Positions 1-11,100 of a stretch of DNA of 52,415 nucleotides are shown piece after piece. Both the position numbers and the translations under genes were made by a program. The notes under the pieces are model-generated. The model did no database searches. It was given only the letters and a program-made list of their open reading frames with translations, and was not told where the DNA came from. This DNA comes from Chitinophagaceae bacterium (GTDB taxonomy: Bacteria > Bacteroidota > Bacteroidia > Chitinophagales > Chitinophagaceae): assembly GCA_947458335.1 (NCBI GenBank), contig CANGYW010000001.1, positions 1 through 52,415 on the forward strand, read 5' to 3'. Each line of letters starts with the position of its first letter. Positions within the stretch are counted from its first letter, which is position 1.

Positions 1-711
1 AACGGCGCAGGTGGCGTTAACAGCTATAGTTGGATCTTCAACAACAACATCCGAATTAGCACTCCTACTTATCAAATCAATTTTCCTTCGAACAGTGCAA
101 ATACTATTTCACTGAAGGTGAGCAATGGCATCTGTACCGACTCCGTCTCTCAACAACTAGTTTTGAATAACCAGGTAAAGGCCGCCTTTACTATTTCTGA
201 TTCCATCATCTGTCCCGAGGACAAGTTATCGTTTGTAAACACCTCGGTGGGGCAGGTCGATCAATGGCGCTGGCAATTCGATGCGCTGGCTGGCTCAACT
301 CAAAAAGATCCACCTCCTTTTCAGTTTCCATTCAACAACCGCGAAAGTTTGTACCGCATTCGTCTTAAGGCTACTAACCTACAAATGGCTTGTAGCGACA
401 GCGTCGATAAGATCGTGCGCGTACTCAACCATTGTTTAATTGAGCTACCCAATGCATTTACACCTAACAACGATGGACTCAACGACTTTTTTAATCCTCA
501 TAATGCGTTAAAGGCAACCAACTACGTATTCTCGGTATTTAACCGTTGGGGGCAATTGGTTTATCAATCTAATAATTGGATGGATCGCTGGGACGGAAAG
601 TTCAAAGGACAGATTCAACCCGCTGGCGTCTATGTTTGGAAGCTTAGCTACACGCACCGCGACACGGGCCAAACCGTATTTAGAAAAGGTACCGTAACCC
701 TCATTAGATGA
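1..711 (+). CDS. PKD-domain surface protein with T9SS type-B (gliding-motility-associated) C-terminal domain, 5'-truncated
   Basis: Frame 1 is open from base 1. PKD-like FVNTS...WRWQF. C-terminus PNAFTPNNDGLND...FNRWG...WDG...GVYVW...KGTVTLIR. Confidence 0.9.
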   Translation, partial: NGAGGVNSYSWIFNNNIRISTPTYQINFPSNSANTISLKVSNGICTDSVSQQLVLNNQVKAAFTISDSIICPEDKLSFVNTSVGQVDQWRWQFDALAGSTQKDPPPFQFPFNNRESLYRIRLKATNLQMACSDSVDKIVRVLNHCLIELPNAFTPNNDGLNDFFNPHNALKATNYVFSVFNRWGQLVYQSNNWMDRWDGKFKGQIQPAGVYVWKLSYTHRDTGQTVFRKGTVTLIR

Positions 712-798
712 GTTTCCTCAAATAGATAAGTCGCCTTAATAAATTGTTCTTTCTGAGCTAAACGGACTGGCTGATTTTCAACGCCTAAGCAGGAGTAT

Positions 799-829
799 TT
801 TGCTAAATACCCTGTATGAACTATCTTTG
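799..829 (+). promoter_or_regulatory. Bacteroidota housekeeping promoter of guaB
   Basis: TTTG (799-802), 19 nt spacer, TATCTTTG (822-829); ATG at 833. Confidence 0.75.
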
Positions 830-832
830 CAC

Positions 833-2323
833 ATGGCGACAAAAAAATTCTCCCCTGCTTTTATTGATCGTTTTTTCGGCGAAGGATTGACTTTCGACGA
901 CGTTTTGCTGATGCCTGGCTACAGCGAAGTACTGCCCCGTGACGTTGATACCCGCAGCAAACTAACCAAAAACATCACCCTTAATATTCCATTATTATCG
1001 GCGGCGATGGATACCGTAACCGAAGCTTCGCTAGCCATTGCGTTGGCACGCGAGGGCGGATTGGGTATTCTTCATAAGAACATGTCTATCGACAAGCAGG
1101 CCGATCAGGTCAGAAAAGTAAAGCGCAGCGAAAGCGGGATGATCATCGATCCTGTAACCTTACTTGCCTCGGCTACCATTGCCGATGCCCTTCGCCTAAT
1201 GCAAGAAAATAAAATCGGAGGTATCCCTATTGTAGATTCCAAAAGAAAACTGGTTGGTATCTTAACGAACAGAGATCTTCGCTTCGAACATAACTTATCA
1301 AAAAAAGTGAGTGAGGTAATGACCAGTAAAGACCTCTACACCGCTCCAGAAGGCACCGACCTAAAAAAAGCAGAACAACTTTTTAAAAAGACTAAAGTTG
1401 AGAAACTACCCATCATCGACAAACAAGGTCGATTGACCGGTCTGTTTACCTATAGCGATATCCTAAAACTCAAAAGCAACCCCAATGCGGTGAAAGACGC
1501 ATATGGAAGACTTTTAGTTGGCGCCGGTGTCGGCATCACAAAAGACTTGTTAGATAGAGTAGCTGCTCTTACAGCAGTCGGGGTCGATGTAATCGCCATG
1601 GACAGCGCGCATGGTCATAGCAAAGGTGTGATCGATGCAGTAAAGCAGGTAAAAAAGAATTTTAAAAATCTCAATATCATTGCCGGTAATGTGGGTACCG
1701 CGGCAGGAGCATTAGCACTGGCCGAAGCCGGAGCTGATGCCATTAAAGTAGGAATTGGTCCTGGTTCTATCTGCACGACACGTATCGTAGCCGGTACTGG
1801 CGTACCACAACTAACAGCGGTCATGGAGGCGGCACAGGTACTCCAGAAAAAAAATATTCCCGTTATTGCCGATGGAGGTATTCGTTACACAGGCGATATG
1901 GTCAAAGCATTAGCCGCCGGTGCCAATTGTGTAATGATGGGAAGTGTATTTGCCGGAACAGAGGAGAGCCCCGGAGAGACCATCATTTACGAGGGCAGAA
2001 AATTTAAGACCTATCGGGGCATGGGATCGCTGGGTGCGATGGCAACGGGCAGTAGCGATCGCTATTTTCAAGATGGAGAGCCCGATGTAAAAAAATATGT
2101 TCCCGAAGGCATAGAAGGTCGGGTAGCCTATAAAGGTCTATTGAAAGAAGTGGTCTACCAGTACACCGGAGGTCTGCGGGCCGGTATGGGATACTGCGGT
2201 GCCCGCACCATAGCCGATTTGCAAAAAGCAAAATTTGTAAAAATCACCAATGCCGGCATGAGCGAAAGCCATGCCCACGATGTAGATATTACAAAAGAAG
2301 CTCCAAATTATAGTCGCAAATAA
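833..2323 (+). CDS. guaB: IMP dehydrogenase with CBS pair
   Basis: [17 protein letters not shown], catalytic [23 protein letters not shown]. Start moved to ATG 833. Confidence 0.97.
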   Translation: MATKKFSPAFIDRFFGEGLTFDDVLLMPGYSEVLPRDVDTRSKLTKNITLNIPLLSAAMDTVTEASLAIALAREGGLGILHKNMSIDKQADQVRKVKRSESGMIIDPVTLLASATIADALRLMQENKIGGIPIVDSKRKLVGILTNRDLRFEHNLSKKVSEVMTSKDLYTAPEGTDLKKAEQLFKKTKVEKLPIIDKQGRLTGLFTYSDILKLKSNPNAVKDAYGRLLVGAGVGITKDLLDRVAALTAVGVDVIAMDSAHGHSKGVIDAVKQVKKNFKNLNIIAGNVGTAAGALALAEAGADAIKVGIGPGSICTTRIVAGTGVPQLTAVMEAAQVLQKKNIPVIADGGIRYTGDMVKALAAGANCVMMGSVFAGTEESPGETIIYEGRKFKTYRGMGSLGAMATGSSDRYFQDGEPDVKKYVPEGIEGRVAYKGLLKEVVYQYTGGLRAGMGYCGARTIADLQKAKFVKITNAGMSESHAHDVDITKEAPNYSRK

Positions 2324-2327
2324 GACC

Positions 2328-3932
2328 TTGTTTGTGTATACCACAAAATCTTACCATCCGATGCTGCTGGGTTTGCTCAGCGGCGTGTTACTTTGGGCTG
2401 CATGGCCAACCTCTCCGCTAACGCCACTTGTATTTATCGGATTTGTGCCCTTGTTTGTCGCACATGAAAAAAGTTCGAGCCTCCGTCTTTTTTTTGCGAG
2501 TTGCTATAGTGCCATGCTCATCTGGAACATTGGAACTACCTGGTGGATCTGGCATGCAACAGCAGCGGGGGCGGTAGCCGCCTGGTTGGCTAATAGCCTG
2601 CTGATGTGTATCCCCTGGATCCTCTATTGGCTTTCTAAAAAAAGATGGTCACGACGTGGTAGCTATTTGCTGTTTTGTACTGCGTGGATGGGGTTTGAAT
2701 ACTTACACTTGCAAGACTGGGGGCTCAGTTGGCCTTGGCTTACCTTGGGCAATGTCTTTTCTGTACATCCGGAATGGGTCTACTGGTACTCCTTTACCGG
2801 TACGGCAGGAGGAACTGGCTGGATACTACTCATCAATCTTTTATTTTTTCATCATTTGCTACGCAATAACTATAGCGTATTGCCAAGATCTTATGAATCG
2901 AACTCGTTTAAGTGGATCGGATTGGCGGCAACACTGGTTATTGCCCCCATCTTGCTATCCACACAACGGTTGCGTCCACAGCCGAGAATGGCTGCCAACA
3001 GCCAAGAGGTCGTAATAGTGCAACCAAACATTGACCCCTATCAAAAAATTGCCGAAGGCACTTCCGCCTCACAAATTGAAAAACTGATCGCACTCAGTAA
3101 CGCTTCCCTAACTGATAGCTCAAGGCTACTCATTTGGCCCGAGACCGCCCTATATAGCCCGTATGGCTACAACGAAAATAGTCTCAACGAAAATTATGAT
3201 CTGGCTCCCGTTTGGCAGCTCACCGAGCGATATCCTTCGCTAACGCTATTTACAGGTATCGAGAGTTACCGCTGGGTCGATACCCCCACTCGCTTTAGCA
3301 AACCCTCGGCCGGAGCGCAACAAGAATTTGAGGCATACAATGCGGCGGTCGTTCTCTCGCATCAACGAACAGCGCAATTTTATCACAAATCCATGCTCGT
3401 GCCCGGCGTAGAGACGCTCCCCTGGTTTCTACGGTTTATGGATAGCTGGTTCGAAAAATTCGGGGGCGTTACGGCCGGCTATGCCAAACAAGATCACCGT
3501 GCAGTATTGCCAGCCCCAAAAAGTTTTTTGATAGCTCCTGCTATTTGTTACGAAAGTATTTATGGAGATTTCATGCGTCGTTATGTAAAACAAGGCGCCA
3601 ATCTTATCGTAATCGTTACCAATGACGGATGGTGGAAAAAAACGCCAGGGCACCGACAGCACTTGCACTATGCCAGACTGCGGGCCATTGAAACAGGCAC
3701 CTGGGTAGCCCGTAGTGCCAACACTGGCATCAGCGCCTTTATAGATCCAGCCGGCACCATCGTCGAGCAGCGCGATTATGACCAGACCGCCACCCTTCGA
3801 AAGTCTCTTCCGCTATTGAGCGCCTCTACTACCATTTACGTTCGTTGGGGAGACTGGGTCTCAAAAACGATACTGGCAGTAGGAGGATTATTTTCCGTCT
3901 TTCCACTCTTGCGTCGTAAACGTGTTAGTTGA
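2328..3932 (+). CDS. lnt: Apolipoprotein N-acyltransferase
   Basis: Multi-TM N-terminus, PWLTLG, QPNI, nitrilase triad WPE / YHK..LVP / ICYES, TNDGWW, RAIE, RSANTGIS. Start is TTG 2328 or ATG 2361. Confidence 0.92.
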   Translation: MFVYTTKSYHPMLLGLLSGVLLWAAWPTSPLTPLVFIGFVPLFVAHEKSSSLRLFFASCYSAMLIWNIGTTWWIWHATAAGAVAAWLANSLLMCIPWILYWLSKKRWSRRGSYLLFCTAWMGFEYLHLQDWGLSWPWLTLGNVFSVHPEWVYWYSFTGTAGGTGWILLINLLFFHHLLRNNYSVLPRSYESNSFKWIGLAATLVIAPILLSTQRLRPQPRMAANSQEVVIVQPNIDPYQKIAEGTSASQIEKLIALSNASLTDSSRLLIWPETALYSPYGYNENSLNENYDLAPVWQLTERYPSLTLFTGIESYRWVDTPTRFSKPSAGAQQEFEAYNAAVVLSHQRTAQFYHKSMLVPGVETLPWFLRFMDSWFEKFGGVTAGYAKQDHRAVLPAPKSFLIAPAICYESIYGDFMRRYVKQGANLIVIVTNDGWWKKTPGHRQHLHYARLRAIETGTWVARSANTGISAFIDPAGTIVEQRDYDQTATLRKSLPLLSASTTIYVRWGDWVSKTILAVGGLFSVFPLLRRKRVS

Positions 3933-4739
3933 ATGCAGTCCCATTTTAATTACTTTATATACAAAGAAAATAAAATAGGCTATCGAATTGCCGGCAACGG
4001 GCCGCTGGTTGTACTGCTACATGGCTTCGGCGAAACCGGCAAGGTATGGGAGGTGCAGGCAGCACACCTGTCTACCCATTACCAGGTACTGGTACCCGAC
4101 CTGCCAGGCTCCGGCAACTCAAACGCAATTCCCGATATGAGTTTAGAGGGGTTGGCCGAATCAGTGGCAGCACTTGTAGGCTCCATTACAACTAATCCAC
4201 ATACGTTGATTGGACATAGCATGGGAGGATACATTGCCCTAGCCTATGCCGAGCGGTATGCAGATAAACTCCAAGGGCTGGGACTCTTTCACTCTACAGC
4301 CTATGCCGATAGTGCCGCCAAAGCCGAGACTAGAAAAAAAGCCATAGAGTTTGTAAGCGCTAACGGAGCCCGTGCCTTTTTGTCGGTTGCCATACCGGGC
4401 CTATTTGCACCTTCCACCCTTTCTGAGCAACCCTGGCTTATCGAAAAACAAATTAAAGACGCATACAACTTTTCGGAGTCCTCTGTCGTTAGTTATTATA
4501 GCGCGATGATGATCCGGCCCGATCGATGCGCGGTATTGAAACAATTTGAAAAACCCGTTCTATTCGTATCGGGAGAAGCCGATACACTGATACCAACCCA
4601 GGACTTGCTAGAGCAAACAAAGCTTGCAAAGAAGGGGCATTTTTATCAGCTGCAGTATTCCGGCCATATGGGAATGCTCGAAGAACCCGAAAAAACCAAC
4701 CAGATTCTGACATCGTACCTGGCCAGCCTGGTTGGATGA
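3933..4739 (+). CDS. Alpha/beta hydrolase
   Basis: LLHGF, DLPGSG, nucleophile GHSMGG, GEAD, SGHMG. Confidence 0.9.
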   Translation: MQSHFNYFIYKENKIGYRIAGNGPLVVLLHGFGETGKVWEVQAAHLSTHYQVLVPDLPGSGNSNAIPDMSLEGLAESVAALVGSITTNPHTLIGHSMGGYIALAYAERYADKLQGLGLFHSTAYADSAAKAETRKKAIEFVSANGARAFLSVAIPGLFAPSTLSEQPWLIEKQIKDAYNFSESSVVSYYSAMMIRPDRCAVLKQFEKPVLFVSGEADTLIPTQDLLEQTKLAKKGHFYQLQYSGHMGMLEEPEKTNQILTSYLASLVG

Positions 4740-4747
4740 GGAAAGTG

Positions 4748-7369
4748 ATGAAAAAAAATTTGCTTGCTCTGCTACTATCCCTAACGGTGTGTGGTGCCTT
4801 GTCGGCTGCACACATCAAAGGGGGATTCTTTACCTATCAATACTTGGGGCCAGGTAGCGGCACCAACCTTCGCTACCGAGTAACACTCACGGTCTACATG
4901 ATCTGTAATCCGAGCAGCGGTCAACTCTCTAACCCCATCAGTTTTACTTTTTTTAACGGCGCCTCCAACCAGCAGGTAACAAATATTAGCGTACCCATCT
5001 CTAACCAATATACGCTTAGTAAAGTATATGATGAGCCTTGCATTACGGGCAACGAGGTAGGCTGTTACTACCTGATCGTTATATATGACCTGCCCTCGGT
5101 TGAACTGCCTGCCATTCCCGAAGGATATATTGTATCGTACCAACGTTGCTGCCGAATAGCCGGTATTAATAACTTAACCAACAGCTCAGCTGTCGGTAAT
5201 ACGTTTACCATACGTATTCCGGGCAGCGGAACCGGCCAAAATGCACAACTCAATAGCAGCCCCCGCTTTTTGATCAACGATACAGCCGTTGTGTGTCGAG
5301 GCAGCTATTTTCAATCTTCGTTTGCCGCCTCCGATCCAGATGGCGACTCATTAAGCTATCAATTCTGTGGCGCCTATCAGGGAGGCGATCCTCAAGGTCC
5401 CAGCCCAAACCCGGCGGCCAACCCACCTTATCCCGAAGTTCCCTATGCTGCGCCCTATAATGGATTACAACCATTAGGAACAACTGTGAGCATCAATCCG
5501 GTAACCGGAATTATTAGCGGAATCGCTCCTGAATTGATCGGGCAATATGTACTCTGTGTATGTGTCAATGAATACAGAAATGGTGTACTGATAGCCACCA
5601 CAAGAAAAGAGTTGCACATTTCGGTCGATGATTGCAATCCGTTACGAGCTCAATTAAATCCACGTCCTGCCTTTTGTGAAAGCCTAAATGTTAGCTTTAG
5701 CAATGATGCAGCGGGAAACCCTCCGGATGCAGAATACTTATGGAATTTTGGTGATCCGGGTAGCGGAGCCAACAACACCTCTACACAAGCCATTACCAGC
5801 CACACCTTCTCGGCTCCCGGCGACTACACAGTTAAGCTGCGTGTTACCCTGCTGGGGATTTGTTCGGACAGCACCACTACCGTTGTAAAAGTATGGCCAG
5901 GATTTTTTCCAGGTTTTACAATCAGTGGTATTTGTGTGCTAACTCCTTTTCAATTTACAGATACCACTCGAACCAATCACGGCGTTGTCGATAACTGGCA
6001 ATGGAATTTTGGAGATAATGCCACATTGGCCGATACGTCACGCATTCGTACCCCCGCCTGGACCTATGGTGCCCCCGGTAATGTGAATGTAACAATGATC
6101 GTCAGCACCTCTAAAGGTTGTACCGACACCATTACACAAGCCTTGAACGTACTAGATAAACCCCTAATCAACCTTGGATTTCGCGATACGCTGATCTGTC
6201 AATATGATTCACTACCACTACAAGCGGCCGGCACAGGAAATTTTAGCTGGACGCCGCTTACAAACATCATCAATCCCAATACCCCAACACCACGGGTAGC
6301 ACCCTTGAGCACCACCTGGTACTATGTAAACCTGGAGAATAATGGCTGTGTGAATAAAGACTCCGTTCGGGTCAGGGTAACCCCGGGGGTGCTCATCATT
6401 CCAATGTCCGATACCACCATTTGCCAAGGTGACACCATTCAACTTCGGATCAACTCAAACGGACTACAACACAGCTGGACACCGACTGGACCGCTCAATA
6501 ATGCATCCCTCATGTCTCCACTGGCGGTAACCAACTCGACCACCACGTATCAGGTAACCGGAACGGTCGGAAGCTGCACCAGCACCAAACAAATTACGGT
6601 AACCCCCATTCCCTACCCCATTGCCGGACTTTCGGCAGATACCACCATTTGTTATAATACGCCCGCTTTGCTAAGAGGCACCAGCAACGGAAGAACATTC
6701 ACCTGGCAACCCACCACTTACTTAAGCAATCCACTTTCGTTGAATCCTATCGCCAGACCACCATCTACACAGCAATATATTCTATATGTATTCGATACGA
6801 GAGGCTGTCCTAAACCGGGTATTGACACTGTATTAGTAACAGTACGACCCGAGGTGTTCGCGTATGCCGGCCGCGATACGAATATAGTAGTGGGGCAACC
6901 CCTTCAACTGAATGCCACTGGCGGCGTGTATTACAATTGGAGCCCAGCTACAGGACTTTCTTCGACCACTATCGCCAATCCGGTGGCTATGTACCGATCT
7001 CCTGCTTCTCTTATTCGCTATCGGCTTATTGCAAGCGATTCGATGCGTTGCCCCGATACAGCTTACTTATCGGTACGCGTGTTTCAAACGGCTCCTTCTG
7101 TTTTTGTTCCCACCGGGTTTACGCCCAATGCAGATGGACTCAATGATGTAATAAAACCTATTCTCGCCGGAATTAAAAGATTGAACTACTTCAGAATCTT
7201 CAATCGTTGGGGGCAACTAGTATACGAAACGCAACAAGAAGGTCAGGGATGGGATGGTCGCATCAATGGGCAGCTACAAGGCACTCATGTATTTGTATGG
7301 ACGATTAGTGCCATCGATTACCTAGACCAACCCTACTTCTCTAAGGGAACTCTCACCCTTATTCGCTAG
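4748..7369 (+). CDS. Secreted PKD-repeat protein with T9SS type-B CTD
   Basis: Signal peptide MKKNLLALLL...SAA, N-terminal HIKGG/RCCR domain, two WNFGD PKD repeats, WTP/WSP beta repeats, C-terminus PTGFTPNADGLND...FNRWG...KGTLTLIR. Confidence 0.9.
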   Translation: MKKNLLALLLSLTVCGALSAAHIKGGFFTYQYLGPGSGTNLRYRVTLTVYMICNPSSGQLSNPISFTFFNGASNQQVTNISVPISNQYTLSKVYDEPCITGNEVGCYYLIVIYDLPSVELPAIPEGYIVSYQRCCRIAGINNLTNSSAVGNTFTIRIPGSGTGQNAQLNSSPRFLINDTAVVCRGSYFQSSFAASDPDGDSLSYQFCGAYQGGDPQGPSPNPAANPPYPEVPYAAPYNGLQPLGTTVSINPVTGIISGIAPELIGQYVLCVCVNEYRNGVLIATTRKELHISVDDCNPLRAQLNPRPAFCESLNVSFSNDAAGNPPDAEYLWNFGDPGSGANNTSTQAITSHTFSAPGDYTVKLRVTLLGICSDSTTTVVKVWPGFFPGFTISGICVLTPFQFTDTTRTNHGVVDNWQWNFGDNATLADTSRIRTPAWTYGAPGNVNVTMIVSTSKGCTDTITQALNVLDKPLINLGFRDTLICQYDSLPLQAAGTGNFSWTPLTNIINPNTPTPRVAPLSTTWYYVNLENNGCVNKDSVRVRVTPGVLIIPMSDTTICQGDTIQLRINSNGLQHSWTPTGPLNNASLMSPLAVTNSTTTYQVTGTVGSCTSTKQITVTPIPYPIAGLSADTTICYNTPALLRGTSNGRTFTWQPTTYLSNPLSLNPIARPPSTQQYILYVFDTRGCPKPGIDTVLVTVRPEVFAYAGRDTNIVVGQPLQLNATGGVYYNWSPATGLSSTTIANPVAMYRSPASLIRYRLIASDSMRCPDTAYLSVRVFQTAPSVFVPTGFTPNADGLNDVIKPILAGIKRLNYFRIFNRWGQLVYETQQEGQGWDGRINGQLQGTHVFVWTISAIDYLDQPYFSKGTLTLIR

Positions 7370-7423
7370 CTCTCTTTTTGCCGGCTTTGTAAAAGACTTA
7401 TCTTGCCTCTCTAATTGTAATCT

Positions 7424-8182
7424 ATGCCCTCCATCGTTTTTATTACCGGAGCCACCTCGGGTTTCGGGCTGGCCTGTGCCGAGCTTTTTGCCTCCAATGG
7501 ACACCACTTAATTATCAATGGAAGAAGAGAAGATAGACTTCATTCGACCGCTACTGACTTACAAGACCGTTTCGGAATAAAAGTACGCACGGCTTCCTTT
7601 GATGTTAGCGATCAACAAAAAGTAAATGAGGTCATTTCCGGACTACCCCCCGAATGGGCTACGATCGATATCCTCATCAATAATGCAGGACTGGCTGCAG
7701 GCCGTGATTATTTCGAAGAGGCCAGTTTGTCTGACTGGAATCAAATGATTGATACCAATATCAAAGGATTTCTATACGTAGCACAAGCGATTGCCAAAAA
7801 GATGGCCGCCCGCAAGAAAGGACATATCATCAATATCGGTTCTACCGCTGCCAAAGTGGTCTATGAAAAAGGAAATACATATTGTGCCACTAAGTTTGCC
7901 GTGGATGCGCTGAGCCAAGCTATGCGAATCGATCTATTGCGTCATGGCATCAAAGTAACCAATGTTAATCCAGGTGCAGCAGAAACAGAGTTTTCGTTAG
8001 TACGTTTCAAAGGTGATGCTGCCACAGCCGCTAAAGTATACGAGGGTATAAAACCCTTGCAAGCCGAAGACGTAGCCAGTGTCATTTACTATGCTGCCAC
8101 GCTCCCTGCACATGTTTGCATCAATGAGCTTACGGTAACCTGCTTACAACAGGCCGATTCGCTACACCTAGTTAGAAAATAA
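7424..8182 (+). CDS. SDR oxidoreductase, YdfG-like
   Basis: TGATSGFG, NNAG, YCATK, ETEFSLVRFKGD. Confidence 0.9.
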   Translation: MPSIVFITGATSGFGLACAELFASNGHHLIINGRREDRLHSTATDLQDRFGIKVRTASFDVSDQQKVNEVISGLPPEWATIDILINNAGLAAGRDYFEEASLSDWNQMIDTNIKGFLYVAQAIAKKMAARKKGHIINIGSTAAKVVYEKGNTYCATKFAVDALSQAMRIDLLRHGIKVTNVNPGAAETEFSLVRFKGDAATAAKVYEGIKPLQAEDVASVIYYAATLPAHVCINELTVTCLQQADSLHLVRK

Positions 8183-8183
8183 A

Positions 8184-11100
8184 TTATTGTGCCAGCGAGA
8201 TACGCACCTGCACACCTGCCCTTGTGTTGGTAACCGGAAAGGCACTGCTGATCTTAGGAATCGTACGGTTTTGCTCAAAGTACAAACGCATATTCACCTT
8301 GTTATTGAGCACATAGTCTATAGCAGGAGCTATTCGTACTACTCGTTGCCCGCCTGTTCCAAAAGCAGTACCCTGGTCTAATTTACTATTAGCGGTGGCG
8401 TCGTCGCGCAAACTAAAATCCATTCGTAGAGTTACATCGTTATCGAGCTTGGTTCCATTTTTACCAAAGGGAATATTCTTGATCAACGGCAAACCCTTTT
8501 TTCTCCAGTTCAACCCAAAAGTCACTTCGGTAGAGCGGTTTTCGGCCAGTTGGTAATCGATGAGCGAAAGACTTAACTGGCGACTTTTTCTAAACTCGAA
8601 TCGAGTTTGCAATTGATTGGTGAACGTCATGTCGATCTCGATCAAGGGTTCAAAGGCCTCTTGAATGGTAATATTAGGTACTAGAAAATAAGGAATAAAA
8701 TTACCGGAGAGCGTGTCGCGGAACGAAGGATACCCTACACGCAGCGGATCTGTAAAGAGCAAGGCCGTATTAAAGCTGTTCATACTCAGGGAGCTCTTAT
8801 ACCCGTGTCGTAACGAAAAATTAGTAAAGAGCTTATCAAGCCCGGGCAAGCGAGAGAGTCCATTGTAGGTAATGGTCCAGTTAGGCAACGGCATCAAGGA
8901 CTTAAACGGATTAGCACGCATGCTGGGGTTGCTGTTGCTAAAAAGCTTGATTGTAGCAGGATCCTTTTGGGTATAGGCTGCCAAGAACGAAGGGATCACC
9001 ACCTCTTGAGCAAAGCGACCATATCCCTTGGCATAACCATCGGGACCAACAGCGCCTGATTGATAAGGATTCAGTGAAGCCAGACGAGCAGACAGAATTC
9101 TTCTATTCGCCTCAAATTGCTTGAAGGTGCCAGATACAATGTTGGGATCGAAGGGAGCAAATAAGGTTTGAAAAGAAATATAGCTGATGCTAAAACTACC
9201 CAACGCGTAAGGATTAAGACGGGCCAAACCGGAAAAACCAGTGGTGTCTTTATACAACTCGCTGTATTGCTTGTCGAAGGTCTTATCCAAATTAAGATCG
9301 ATTGTAAAATCTTTGATGGGGCTGATCTGGGCAGTGATATTGAGACGTTGATTAAACCGTTGCTGAATCATAGCGCTCACGAGCGAATCGCGCGAAAGTA
9401 ATCCCTGTTGGCCAAATCGGTTGATCCAATTAGTATCCGGCTGATAGCCGAATACATACCCAAAACCCGGTTGAAAACTACGTCGATTGATACCCAGCAG
9501 TGAAGTGCTGTCCATATAGCCTGGTAAGATAGTTCCCATGTCTTCGCTATACTGAATAGCCGTTCGCTTAACCATGGTAGCAAACTGTAAACCGGCACGG
9601 GCCACGGCACTCAGCTGGGCCTCGGGGCGCATTGCTTTCTCTGCAGGTTCTTTTACTTTCTTAATCTTTACCTTTTTAATCTTTACGATCTCCCCTTCCT
9701 TATTTCTGACCGTATCGTACCTAAAGCGAAGCGAGGCGGGAGCAAATACATTTTCGGCCCTGTTATTAGTGCGGGTATCTCGACCGTCAACATACGTATT
9801 ATCTCTCGAAGGGGCCCCGGTCGCAGCATCATCCGGTTTTCCAAAGTCAGCAGGAGGTCTTCGGGCACCGCGTCGCTTTACCACCCCTTTGCTGTCGGGC
9901 CCTTGTCCAGCGCCGGCATTTACTGCCCTCGTGCGAGAGCGAGCACCTGCATTACCAGCAGCCATTGTATTGTTCAGTTTGCGTATAAGCAACGACTTAT
10001 TGTAAAGCTCTTCCCACTTTAATTCTCCATTAAGAGTACGCGTCTGTGCATTCGTTATCTTATTCCCTAAACTCCGAGCCAATAGCGATGAAGCCAGCCA
10101 ATTGTATTTACTGTTAAAGCTGGCCCGCATCGAAGTCCAATCCAGTAAAGGAATTTTAGAGGTGGGCACATTATAGTTGACGGTTACATCCTGCTGATAC
10201 TGGGTGTTGCGTCCTCCCTTAAACAAGTTGGTACGCACCGAATCTTTTTTTGCCGTGTTGTCGATTCTTCCGAAGGGCTCGTCGATTCGCGCATTATTGA
10301 CTGCCGAAAAATCCATCGACAAAGATCTGGTCAGGTTCCATTGCAGCACATAGAAACGATCGAAAGTAAAATATTTATTATAGGTCTCTGGTATCTTATA
10401 CGGACCACCGCCAACATTGCGAGGACGCGTAGCTCCGAATTGTCGAAACACATCGGCCCTAAAAGAAAACTGCGAGGGTACATAATTGAAATTAAAATCA
10501 CGCAGTAGTGCCAACCACCTCGAATTAGAGCGAATCAACTTTCGGAATGGCTCAATAGATTTAGCCGTAGGGGCAAAGGCATACCCTATTACCGCACGGG
10601 TTCTTCGCAACTCATCCGCTTCAATAAGCGGATTATAAGCAAGTGTCTGGATATAAGAATAGGTGAGATCAAAATTACTTGCACTCCAAGGCTTAGGTTG
10701 CTTTCCTTCTTTCGGCGCCACCTTTACATTGGTCAGGTTGAATGTCTTAATGGTCGATACATCTTGAGCGTCTGTTCGGATCGAGTCGCGTTTGCTACGC
10801 TCTGCATCACGTAGTTTACTCCGCAGATCAATATCGAGATCGTAAGGATCATACTCGGGCGTACTACTGCGGTGACTAATACCTGCATAGAGCGGAATCT
10901 GCATACCCAGTTTTTGAGGAAGCAGCTTACCGGCTTCGATCGTCAAAGCAGCATCGGCCGTATAGATATCTTCGCGGCTCCGTTCATTCACCCGTTGTTC
11001 CAGCGTGCCGAAACCCCTGCTTCTGGCAGAGCCCGACAAAGAGATCGTGCCGAGGTCTGACAATTTGATATCGGCCCTACCGAGTGCAGCCCATCCACCC

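Noticed and set aside
9574-10005. 143-aa ORF opposite the SprA loop, considered as a nested gene or intein
   Set aside because: No intein or mobile-element motifs; sprA stays in frame; GC-rich low complexity explains the open frame.
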